The notes under the pieces were generated by a model. It was not told the origin of the DNA and made no database searches. It was given only the letters and a program-made list of their open reading frames with translations. From a virus, in IMG/VR virus record IMGVR_UViG_3300042547_000432: 64,000 bases of DNA; one strand, given 5' to 3'. Both the position numbers and the translations under genes were made by a program. This document shows, piece after piece, positions 5,920-13,045 of this stretch (position 1 is the stretch's first letter; every line of letters begins with the position of its first letter).

Positions 5920-6158
5920 AGATGCTCTCTGCTACACTATGTATCTGCTACGATACCATGTAGTTTTGAGCAAACCCAACATATTGGGTTGCAATCTCCA
6001 GTTTTTCATGCCTTTGATTGCGTGATAGAGGCTTGATTGCGAAAGGCAATCTGTTTGAGCATATCATAACGACCGTGCCAATCTCGGACTAGGCTAACTT
6101 AATACTACCTGGCCAGATAGTTGGCGTCTTTCTAGGCTATCTGCCTAACGACTACCAA
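5920..6158 (-). ncRNA. Candidate ~240-nt structured RNA between tRNA-Leu and tRNA-Gly
   Basis: Several hairpins (TAGGC/GCCTA, GATTGC/GCAATC, CCCAA/TTGGG); no convincing ORF. Confidence 0.4.
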
Positions 6159-6239
6159 TGTCGCTGAAAGGACTTGAACCTTCACGTTAAAAACACTGGA
6201 ACCTAAACCCAGCGCGTCTACCAATTCCGCCACAGCGAC
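6159..6239 (-). tRNA. tRNA-Leu(TAG)
   Basis: CTGGG-TTTAGGT-TCCAG; V-arm. Confidence 0.95.
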
Positions 6240-6240
6240 G

Positions 6241-6317
6241 TGGGGGCGGGAGTGGGATTTGAACCCACGACCTGCGGCTTATGAGACCGCTGAACTACCA
6301 GACTGTTCCATCCCGCG
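6241..6317 (-). tRNA. Initiator-type tRNA-Met(CAT), CCA encoded
   Basis: C1:C72 mismatch; loop CTCATAA; CGCGGGA 5' end. Confidence 0.9.
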
Positions 6318-6328
6318 TTGACCCCCAT

Positions 6329-6358
6329 ATTATATATGAGGGAAGTGGGGGTTGTCAA
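6329..6358 (-). promoter_or_regulatory. Sigma70 promoter for tRNA-fMet/Leu/Gly
   Basis: TTGACA-18nt-TATAAT. Confidence 0.75.
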
Positions 6359-6367
6359 TCCCCCCGT

Positions 6368-6510
6368 TGCTCGGCTCGCCACCTGCCCTTTGACCAGAGG
6401 CAGGAAACTGGGCGGGAGTAACCCCATCCGCACCACCAGTTTTTGAGAGAAACTGGAAACTCATGAAGGGGGACTTCACCCGACCAGGGCAAGTTTAGTG
6501 TCATTCCGAG
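6368..6510 (-). ncRNA. Structured RNA resembling the cyanophage wcaG RNA motif (3' part) plus upstream hairpins
   Basis: GGTGCGGA-TGGGGTTACTCC-CGCCCAGTTT-CCTGCCT..GGGCAGG-TGGCGAGCC with CCAG/CTGG pseudoknot; family name from memory, needs an Rfam search. Confidence 0.55.
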
Positions 6511-6695
6511 ACAGGTTGAGGAATCAAATCCTCGTATGCAGCTTCTACTGCTTTTTCAAAATCGTCGAAAGGTCCGTGGTTTACTTCATTATAGACATAA
6601 TAATATTTGTCTTCCACTTCCAAAACATCGAAGTAAGTAATAACTTCATCATCGTTGTCAAGTTTTTCAACAATTCTCATCTTAACAGGATTCAT
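6501..6695 (-). CDS. Hypothetical protein (MNPVKMRIVE..)
   Basis: Subset of track ORF 6501..6785. Confidence 0.65.
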   Translation of the reverse strand: MNPVKMRIVEKLDNDDEVITYFDVLEVEDKYYYVYNEVNHGPFDDFEKAVEAAYEDLIPQPVSE

Positions 6696-6705
6696 ACCTA
6701 AGCAT

Positions 6706-7080
6706 TCAAAGGGTAACATTGACTCCACCAGTACTGTTATAGTCCGTCCGTGACTCTGTATAATATGTATAAGGAGCAAATACATTCATATGCTCATTAA
6801 ACTTTACAGGAGTGCTGGCATACTTAAAATCATATTGTACTTTGCCATCTTCTCTTTTGGTTTTGTCAATAGAAATCAAACCTTCCACTGCGGAACCGCC
6901 CCTTTCTTTAGCAGCTGCTTCAATGCGCTCAGCAAACATCGTATTGTCAATTTCAATCAATGCTTTAGAAATCGCAGAGATTACATAAACACTTTCTTTA
7001 TCAGCAAACTTAAGTGCTGTGCGTAGAGCATCTTCTGCTCGCTCAAGTTGATACTTTACTGAGTCATTCATCTTCATCAT
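6706..7080 (-). CDS. Hypothetical protein
   Basis: Track ORF 6706..7149; start chosen by AAGGAG RBS. Confidence 0.65.
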   Translation of the reverse strand: MMKMNDSVKYQLERAEDALRTALKFADKESVYVISAISKALIEIDNTMFAERIEAAAKERGGSAVEGLISIDKTKREDGKVQYDFKYASTPVKFNEHMNVFAPYTYYTESRTDYNSTGGVNVTL

Positions 7081-7333
7081 CGTCATCTCCTTTAATATAG
7101 CATGGAACTGTATCTGGGTCAAGCCACTTAGTATACTCAAAATCCTCAATCGCTGTCATAAACTGCATTTCGTTATCACAGAGATACATGTCACGGTAAC
7201 GACCAGTAAACGAACACATCTTCTGAATTCGATAATCTGGTTTGCCGTTAATCTCCAGGATGCCTGCTTGAACGTAGCGATAAGGGAAACGATCAAGAAT
7301 GGTCTTCACGCGGTTTGGGTTTGTTACACTCAT
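7064..7333 (-). CDS. Conserved cyanophage hypothetical protein
   Basis: RFPYRYV..GKPDYRIQK. Confidence 0.75.
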   Translation of the reverse strand: MSVTNPNRVKTILDRFPYRYVQAGILEINGKPDYRIQKMCSFTGRYRDMYLCDNEMQFMTAIEDFEYTKWLDPDTVPCYIKGDDDDEDE

Positions 7334-7508
7334 TACAGTAGTAGGAGAATCCTGTGCGAAAGTATTTTACCACTTGGTAGTGGTCCTTGTCAAGGGGTTG
7401 CTCGGTGTGGCACTTGGAACAGATTCTAGTCCCACCACCAACAGAGATTTGTGAGCGTTGCGAGGAACTGTTCGTGATAGACTGTACGACTCGGATTGGG
7501 TTTACCAT
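7293..7508 (-). CDS. Small zinc-ribbon protein
   Basis: CSKC...CNEC; start uncertain (long overlap). Confidence 0.55.
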   Translation of the reverse strand: MVNPIRVVQSITNSSSQRSQISVGGGTRICSKCHTEQPLDKDHYQVVKYFRTGFSYYCNECNKPKPREDHS

Positions 7509-8013
7509 CTTTCATGTCTTGTAGATACTGGATTATACCACGAACTACTGGGGTGTCTTGGAAGTATTCGTGCATTCGGTAACAATCAAACTTCTCATTG
7601 TATTGAATGAAATCGTGAAGTGGATCCATGTTACGACGGTATCCCCAAATGAATACATCTTCATCTTTGATGCCATGTTTGTTGATGATTTCTAATGGAT
7701 AAAACTTTTGTCCATCTTCATCTTTCACAGCATCTTCTTCCCTTTCTTCTGTATCAAACTTGAAATGAAGACCATCATAATACTTTTCATGTAACTCTTC
7801 ATCTGGTGCTACACGAACTCGCTCATTCTTTGCCATGATATATTCCATGCGACCTTTGGCATCCTCGTTAGTCAAACGGAATACAATATTGCCAATGTAG
7901 TAATGTACGGGACCACCATAGAGGTGAGAAGATTCCCGTCTCCTGAATGATAGATGAGTAATCTCAAATCCAGGGTCTTCGTGTTCAGTTTCAACTAATC
8001 CTTGTGAAATCAT
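7426..8013 (-). CDS. Hypothetical protein
   Basis: ORF track, 195 aa. Confidence 0.75.
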   Translation of the reverse strand: MISQGLVETEHEDPGFEITHLSFRRRESSHLYGGPVHYYIGNIVFRLTNEDAKGRMEYIMAKNERVRVAPDEELHEKYYDGLHFKFDTEEREEDAVKDEDGQKFYPLEIINKHGIKDEDVFIWGYRRNMDPLHDFIQYNEKFDCYRMHEYFQDTPVVRGIIQYLQDMKDGKPNPSRTVYHEQFLATLTNLCWWWD

Positions 8014-8213
8014 AGTTCAAAATTGTCGAGGTCTTTACCAGATTTGATATGCTGCTTGCGAAGTTTTTTTAGTTCCTTCATCATGTCTTTAATCTCTTTG
8101 TATGCTTCATCAGCATTCATTTTACCACCAACTTCTAAACCAACGATAAGTTCTACTTTGTCACCGAATCTAGCAAGGGCTCGCTCAAATTCAGTAAGTG
8201 TTTCGTAACCCAT
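8010..8213 (-). CDS. Hypothetical protein (MGYETLTEFE..)
   Basis: Track ORF trimmed; its 5' extension lies over tRNA genes. Confidence 0.75.
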   Translation of the reverse strand: MGYETLTEFERALARFGDKVELIVGLEVGGKMNADEAYKEIKDMMKELKKLRKQHIKSGKDLDNFEL

Positions 8214-8237
8214 AATAACCTCATGTGTTTGTTTATA

Positions 8238-8330
8238 TAGGGGCGGAGGGACTCGAACCCCCAACCGCACGGTAATCTGCCGTATACGAAAGGTATAAGC
8301 TTTCCGCTCTGCCAATTGAGCTACACCCCC
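8238..8330 (-). tRNA. tRNA-Ile(TAT) with a 25-nt variable arm
   Basis: GAAAG-CTTATAC-CTTTC; V-arm TACGG-CAGATTA-CCGTG. Confidence 0.85.
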
Positions 8331-8337
8331 GTAAATA

Positions 8338-8410
8338 TGGAGAATAGCGGACTCGAACCGCTGACATTCGCCTTGCAAAGGCGCTACTCTACCAACTGAG
8401 TTAATTCCCC
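8338..8410 (-). tRNA. tRNA-Ala(TGC)
   Basis: Loop TTTGCAA; G3.U70. Confidence 0.95.
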
Positions 8411-8557
8411 TTGTATTCGCTCATAGTATGAATATGGAAGAAGCATAACATCAGAACCATTAGCAGTCGTAATAATAAAACTTTCTTTATTGAGCATCAC
8501 AGCATCCATAATCTCATCAAAGTCGTGGCAAAAAGTTTCTTCTGTAATCGTTTTCAT
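8384..8557 (-). CDS. Phd/YefM-like antitoxin-fold protein
   Basis: MKTITEETFCHDFDEIMDAVMLNKESFIITTANGSDVMLLPY matches the Phd/YefM pattern; ORF ends inside tRNA-Ala. Confidence 0.6.
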   Translation of the reverse strand: MKTITEETFCHDFDEIMDAVMLNKESFIITTANGSDVMLLPYSYYERIQGELTQLVE

Positions 8558-8826
8558 ACCATACACTCCATGTCTTTTTCTTCTTGTAGGCAACCGATAC
8601 TAGTTAAATATTCGATGGTTTCATTACATCCTCCCATCAGATGACCATCAAGAGTCACACGAGGAAAAGTAGCACCTTCACCAAACTTATTATAGAATGC
8701 TTCCCTATTGAAGTCAACATCCAGTTTATACTGCGTGTATTTGACAGTAAAACTATCAAGGATGACCTTGAGCTTACGACAATATTCACAGTTATCTCTT
8801 GTGTAAATAACCAGTTGCGAAATCAT
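8554..8826 (-). CDS. nrdC: Glutaredoxin
   Basis: IYTRDNCEYC, ATFPRV, MGGC motifs. Confidence 0.9.
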   Translation of the reverse strand: MISQLVIYTRDNCEYCRKLKVILDSFTVKYTQYKLDVDFNREAFYNKFGEGATFPRVTLDGHLMGGCNETIEYLTSIGCLQEEKDMECMV

Positions 8827-8847
8827 TAATGTCTCCTAAAAGAAGAA

Positions 8848-8921
8848 TCGGCGTGGCAGGATTTGAACCTGCGACCTTCTGCTCCCAAAGCAGTTGCGCT
8901 ACCAAGCTGCGCTACACACCG
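8848..8921 (-). tRNA. tRNA-Pro(TGG)
   Basis: Loop TTTGGGA; C1-G72. Confidence 0.95.
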
Positions 8922-8923
8922 TT

Positions 8924-9019
8924 GATGGAGTAAGCGTAATATACCTCAAGGATATAACAGAGGCTTACCCTCTATCTTGCTACGGCATTCTGGATTATCA
9001 GCTCCAGCGCAAGTAGCAA
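8924..9019 (-). ncRNA. 96-nt structured RNA, copy 2 (between tRNA-Ser and tRNA-Pro)
   Basis: Direct repeat of 5320..5415. Confidence 0.7.
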
Positions 9020-9104
9020 CGGAAGTGGTAGGATTCGAACCCACGATGGCTTTCACCATGCTTGTTTTCAAGACAAGTTCCTTCAACCACTCGGACACAC
9101 TTCC
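9020..9104 (-). tRNA. tRNA-Ser(TGA)
   Basis: CTTGT-CTTGAAA-ACAAG; V-arm; G73. Confidence 0.95.
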
Positions 9105-9120
9105 ATTTGTTGACCTCCAT

Positions 9121-9150
9121 ATTATATAGGAGGTCTGGGGGGTCTGTCAA
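9121..9150 (-). promoter_or_regulatory. Sigma70 promoter for the tRNA-Ser/Pro unit
   Basis: TTGACA-18nt-TATAAT, both hexamers inside inverted repeats. Confidence 0.75.
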
Positions 9151-9163
9151 CCCCCCACGGTCA

Positions 9164-10042
9164 TCAGAATTTGATGCCGAGACCCGTGGTAAACACAGGC
9201 GAGTAGGTGCCGTTGGTAGCACCGTAGCTGTTAGCAGCGTTGGTGGTAGGGAATTTCAGATCAGCAAAACCAACGAGGGAGTTGGTGATACGACCTTCAA
9301 GACCAATAGCAAGCACAGCTTGTCCACGATTACCAACTGCCGATTGGAAGTTAGCATCAGAGTTGTTAACAAAAGGCACTTGATAACCAGCAGCAGCATA
9401 GATGTTAGCGGCGCTTACACCTGCCTTGCGAGCGATAGACCAGTCATAAGAGACGAGAGCACCACCAGCAGTGCCAATGTTGCCAGAGGGACCAGCAACG
9501 GCATTCAGATAAGGACGAATAGACACAGCATTCTGGTTGCTGAAGTTTTTCACAGCATAGCGAGCCTGGAGGGTAGCACCACCCACAGTCTTCTGAGCGG
9601 TCTGACCAGCACCAGCAACGCCTTGCTGATTCAGCAGCACACCGAGACCAACGTAGTTGCCAACGCCCTGTGCCTTGCGAGCAGCAGCGACCTCAAGGGC
9701 GCTCACGCGGGTGTTGGTAGCAGCAATCTCCTTAGCAAACTGAGCGCGTAGAGCAGCAGCCAGAGCAGCGTCAGCGGCGCTCTGATACTCGCTGATACGG
9801 TCAAGGCAAGCGTTAGTGAGAGCGGCGAGCTCAGCACGAGAAGCAGGTTCACCAGGCTTGAAAGTGCCGTTAGGATAACCAGCGACACAACCGTAACGAG
9901 AGATCAGGTTAGAGATAGCTTGATAAGACCAGTCAGTAGGTTGGACATCTTTCAGTTGAGTCACACTGGTAACTTGTGCCATGGCAGGAGCAGCAATAGA
10001 AGCAGCAGCAACACCAGCAGCAATAAATGAACGAATCATCAT
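9164..10042 (-). CDS. SLH-domain outer-membrane protein (related to cyanobacterial Som/OprB-type porins)
   Basis: Signal peptide; DVQPTDWSYQAISNLISRYGCVAGYPNGTFKPGEPASRAELAA SLH; amphipathic beta strands; C-terminal Phe. Confidence 0.85.
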   Translation of the reverse strand: MMIRSFIAAGVAAASIAAPAMAQVTSVTQLKDVQPTDWSYQAISNLISRYGCVAGYPNGTFKPGEPASRAELAALTNACLDRISEYQSAADAALAAALRAQFAKEIAATNTRVSALEVAAARKAQGVGNYVGLGVLLNQQGVAGAGQTAQKTVGGATLQARYAVKNFSNQNAVSIRPYLNAVAGPSGNIGTAGGALVSYDWSIARKAGVSAANIYAAAGYQVPFVNNSDANFQSAVGNRGQAVLAIGLEGRITNSLVGFADLKFPTTNAANSYGATNGTYSPVFTTGLGIKF

Positions 10043-10086
10043 AGTTTCTTAATGTTTAAACGACATGTCATGCCCGTAATGGGCAA

Positions 10087-10175
10087 CGGAAGTGGTTGGA
10101 TTCGAACCAACGGATGCCCATAAAGACATCGGCGGTTTAGCAAACCGCTGCTTTAGACCTCTCAGCCACACTTCC
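10087..10175 (-). tRNA. tRNA-Ser(GCT)
   Basis: GCGGT-TTGCTAA-ACCGC; V-arm; G73. Confidence 0.95.
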
Positions 10176-10177
10176 AA

Positions 10178-10540
10178 TCACTCAATCACTTCAACATCAA
10201 CTTGGTCAATTGATTCATCGAAGTCTTGAACAAACTCGGATGGAGAGAGATCAACAAATTCTTGTTTTAATTTTCTTTCTTCAATTTCTTTTGCTGCTTT
10301 ATCAATCGCATCCCAATCAGGAGCAGATTTCAATTCAACAACATCTGGAAGGGCAGAAGAATATTCTACCACTTCCATGTTGTTTCCACTGTCAACAATT
10401 TTTTGTGGATCTTCTTTGTTGTCAAATTGTTGAGCTTCTTCGATATTAGTTGACCACAATTTTCCTGGTTCGGTATTACCAGTCCAGTATCCATTATAAC
10501 CAACAACACGAACAATATATGTCATAATAAATTCCTCCAA
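10178..10540 (-). CDS. Hypothetical acidic protein
   Basis: ORF track. Confidence 0.7.
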   Translation of the reverse strand: MEEFIMTYIVRVVGYNGYWTGNTEPGKLWSTNIEEAQQFDNKEDPQKIVDSGNNMEVVEYSSALPDVVELKSAPDWDAIDKAAKEIEERKLKQEFVDLSPSEFVQDFDESIDQVDVEVIE

Positions 10541-10541
10541 A

Positions 10542-10832
10542 TCAAGAAGCTAGTTTTCTTAGATCTTCTACTGATAGTGGTGATTCTTCTACCACAGTTT
10601 CTTCAGATACTTCTTCTGTTTCTACTACAGGAAGTTCTACCGAGAGAGCATCCTCAGACTTTACCGCATTAAGAGTCGAATATCCATGAGACTCAGCAAT
10701 TTCCTTGAGTTCTTTTTCTGCTTCTTTCTTGGTAGCGTACTCTTTTGCTTCCGCAGCTTGATTTACAAAAACAGCTTCTGGATTGCCAGACCAGTAAGTT
10801 GGGTTTTCTCCTACTCTAATTAGATAAGCCAT
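10542..10832 (-). CDS. Hypothetical acidic protein (N-terminus resembles the neighbour's: YxxRVxxxxxYWxGN)
   Basis: ORF track. Confidence 0.7.
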   Translation of the reverse strand: MAYLIRVGENPTYWSGNPEAVFVNQAAEAKEYATKKEAEKELKEIAESHGYSTLNAVKSEDALSVELPVVETEEVSEETVVEESPLSVEDLRKLAS

Positions 10833-10876
10833 ATTTTTATTTAAACAATACGTTTATTCTATCCTATTTATACCAA

Positions 10877-11134
10877 TCAACGAATTTCAAAATCCAATTT
10901 CCTTGGTATCCTTTTAGTATAACCTGATGCCAAAGGAATGTCAAGCTTCTTTTCTTTCGGTTTTCCGATCCCATCAATAGCAGTTACTAATGAAAGGTCG
11001 TTGCCTGTAATGATAGGAAGACCATTCCTATCTAGCCTCAAAAGCGTATGATTATCACAACCACACGCTTTACTTTTATTTGCTTGGTATACTTCTATCT
11101 CTACGCCACATGCGTTACATCTTATCTTTGCCAT
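10877..11134 (-). CDS. Small Cys-rich (zinc-binding) hypothetical protein
   Basis: CNAC..CGC. Confidence 0.75.
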   Translation of the reverse strand: MAKIRCNACGVEIEVYQANKSKACGCDNHTLLRLDRNGLPIITGNDLSLVTAIDGIGKPKEKKLDIPLASGYTKRIPRKLDFEIR

Positions 11135-11342
11135 TTTCTTTTAACCATTCCATCATTTCTTTTTGCATTTTCTTTGATTCCTTATCAAGTTGTCGTTTCA
11201 TATTCCTTGCCATGTTCCAACGAATGAAGTTAATATGGAGTAATTTTAATCTAAGATTAATATACTCTGGAACATTTGGATCCTGCCATATGATATAAAT
11301 CATGGCACAGATTAGTATTAAAGAAATATAATATGTATTCAT
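11115..11342 (-). CDS. Hypothetical membrane protein
   Basis: N-terminal TM segment. Confidence 0.7.
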   Translation of the reverse strand: MNTYYISLILICAMIYIIWQDPNVPEYINLRLKLLHINFIRWNMARNMKRQLDKESKKMQKEMMEWLKENGKDKM

Positions 11343-11350
11343 AGTTTATA

Positions 11351-11422
11351 TGGGCGATACTGGAATCGAACCAGTGACAGCTTGCTTGTAAGGCAAGAGC
11401 TCTACCGCTGAGCTAATCGCCC
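11351..11422 (-). tRNA. tRNA-Val(TAC)
   Basis: CTTGC-CTTACAA-GCAAG. Confidence 0.95.
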
Positions 11423-11721
11423 TGCCTAAGTTCTACGTGAACTTCACGATGACAGTTAGCACAAAGTATAGCACATTTGTCTAGTTCTGTCATTATCTTT
11501 TCCCAACTCCAAAGACGCATCTTATTCCAAGCTGCTTCTTTTTGTGTAGGGTCGAGATGGTGGAACTCTAAAACCTCTGAGTATTTATCATACCCACAAC
11601 GTTCGCACTTTCCACCTTTGTATTCTACAGCATCAAGTTTGCGTTGTTGCCATCTTTGAATACAATACTGATTGAAAGATGATTTCTCATCTTCGGTCAT
11701 CAGTTTATAAGGTTTTCCCAT
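11413..11721 (-). CDS. HNH endonuclease (putative homing endonuclease)
   Basis: CERCG..LEFHH..LCANCHREVH; own TATAAATA at 11747-11754. Confidence 0.9.
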   Translation of the reverse strand: MGKPYKLMTEDEKSSFNQYCIQRWQQRKLDAVEYKGGKCERCGYDKYSEVLEFHHLDPTQKEAAWNKMRLWSWEKIMTELDKCAILCANCHREVHVELRQGD

Positions 11722-11761
11722 TTGCTTAGACCAAATAATTCTAATCTATTTATACGGGAAA

Positions 11762-11833
11762 CAGGCTCACCTGGAATCGAACCAGGGACGACCGCTTAGA
11801 AGGCGGTAGTTATATCCGCTTAACTATGAGCCC
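11762..11833 (-). tRNA. tRNA-Arg(TCT)
   Basis: ACCGC-CTTCTAA-GCGGT. Confidence 0.95.
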
Positions 11834-11851
11834 GTGTGTAGGATTATTATA

Positions 11852-12280
11852 TCACTGCTGAGGGCAGTTGTCAAGCCATGGAGCACAGAGTCTCATTGGA
11901 GGGGCGAGTGCTTTACACTCATCACTGTAGCATAATGTTTCGTCATTTGCTTCTTCTATATAGCGTGGTTTGTATACTTCTGCTTTTGATAAACCAGATT
12001 GTCTCCAATAATCATTGATAGCATTGGTGACATCTCTTTCTACTCTACGTTTTACTTTGTCAGGGTCTTCAGTAATAACCCTGTTAATAGAAGTTTGTGG
12101 GAAATATTTTCTTTGAATCTCGTCAAATAAATCCCAAAGATTGTTTTCATGGATTCCTGTACATTGTGAAAGTGCTGCGATAATAGAAGATAATACTATA
12201 CTGGTTGTTATAATAGTTTTTTTAGAGGGCTTGCCAATGTGAAAGTTAAACATAAAGGGGAGTTCTGCAGCACTCCCCAA
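11852..12280 (-). CDS. Hypothetical protein with N-terminal membrane anchor
   Basis: ORF track; C-terminal Cys cluster. Confidence 0.7.
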   Translation of the reverse strand: MGSAAELPFMFNFHIGKPSKKTIITTSIVLSSIIAALSQCTGIHENNLWDLFDEIQRKYFPQTSINRVITEDPDKVKRRVERDVTNAINDYWRQSGLSKAEVYKPRYIEEANDETLCYSDECKALAPPMRLCAPWLDNCPQQ

Positions 12281-12295
12281 TATTTATTCAGTTAT

Positions 12296-12658
12296 TCAAA
12301 CCCGTGAATAGCAGACGCTGGCAACGCCTTGACCTGGGTGAGCGATAGAAGAGAAAGCACCATAAGACAAGTCAAGATCTCTACCTCCAACGTAGGGACC
12401 GCGATCATTTACACGCACAATCACTGTCTTGCCATTTCGTTGATTTGTAACCCTTAATCTAGTTCCGAAAGGAAGCCATTTGTGTGCGACTGATTTGCCA
12501 TAAGCATTGTATCTTTCGCCGTTTGCAGTCGTCTGCCCATGATATCCGTCACCAACTCCATAATGTGATGCGAGGGAACATCCGCTCGCTGCCTTTGCCT
12601 GTAGGGGTGCCAGTCCTGAAATAGCAACGGCAAGAATCGAAAGTGATTTAAGAAGCAT
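12296..12658 (-). CDS. rlpA: RlpA-family lytic transglycosylase (DPBB domain) with signal peptide
   Basis: ASHYG..TANGERY..AHKWLPFGT..VRVNDRGPY..DLSYGAF. Confidence 0.9.
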   Translation of the reverse strand: MLLKSLSILAVAISGLAPLQAKAASGCSLASHYGVGDGYHGQTTANGERYNAYGKSVAHKWLPFGTRLRVTNQRNGKTVIVRVNDRGPYVGGRDLDLSYGAFSSIAHPGQGVASVCYSRV

Positions 12659-12669
12659 TAATTTACATT

Positions 12670-12733
12670 GAACTCTACATCCCAATAGAGAAAGCGCACT
12701 TCCCCTTTCTCAAGGGGCAATCTCCTGGGCTCT
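12670..12733 (-). promoter_or_regulatory. Candidate cis-regulatory RNA in the rlpA leader
   Basis: CCCA/TGGG stem enclosing CCCCTT-GAGA-AAGGGG, alternative GAGAAAG/CTTTCTC pairing. Confidence 0.4.
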
Positions 12734-12853
12734 AATTTTCATTCACGTTATAATGACGAATGATCCCCAATTGTGAGGAATTCATAATATAACATTTATT
12801 TAGGATTTTGTCAAGCCCCTCCTAAATACCAGTGGTGTCGGGAAACCGAATGT

Positions 12854-13045
12854 ATGCCAAGAGAGTGGAATACTCCAATCAGGGAGCCATGGAATGCTCC
12901 CATCCATAATACTTTAAAAGCAATAGACAACCACACTCAAGAGTATTTCAAGAGTGGCGACATTTGGCACCTACAAAAAGCAGATCAACTCAGGCAATAT
13001 CTACACGAGTTAAAAACCTGGATACATAGGCAGGAAGGAAGATGA
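12854..13045 (+). CDS. Hypothetical protein
   Basis: ORF track; CTAAATA late-type promoter just upstream. Confidence 0.75.
   Translation: MPREWNTPIREPWNAPIHNTLKAIDNHTQEYFKSGDIWHLQKADQLRQYLHELKTWIHRQEGR

Noticed and set aside
6706-6760. GAGTC..GACT..CAGTACTG..GAGTC motif at the end of ORF 6706..7080 as a regulatory RNA
   Set aside because: Only 4-bp alternative helices inside coding sequence; not enough support without homologues.
9062-9751. 229-aa + strand ORF opposite the SLH protein, and many similar antisense ORFs over nrdA, g43, g23, g17
   Set aside because: Shadow ORFs of well-supported - strand genes.
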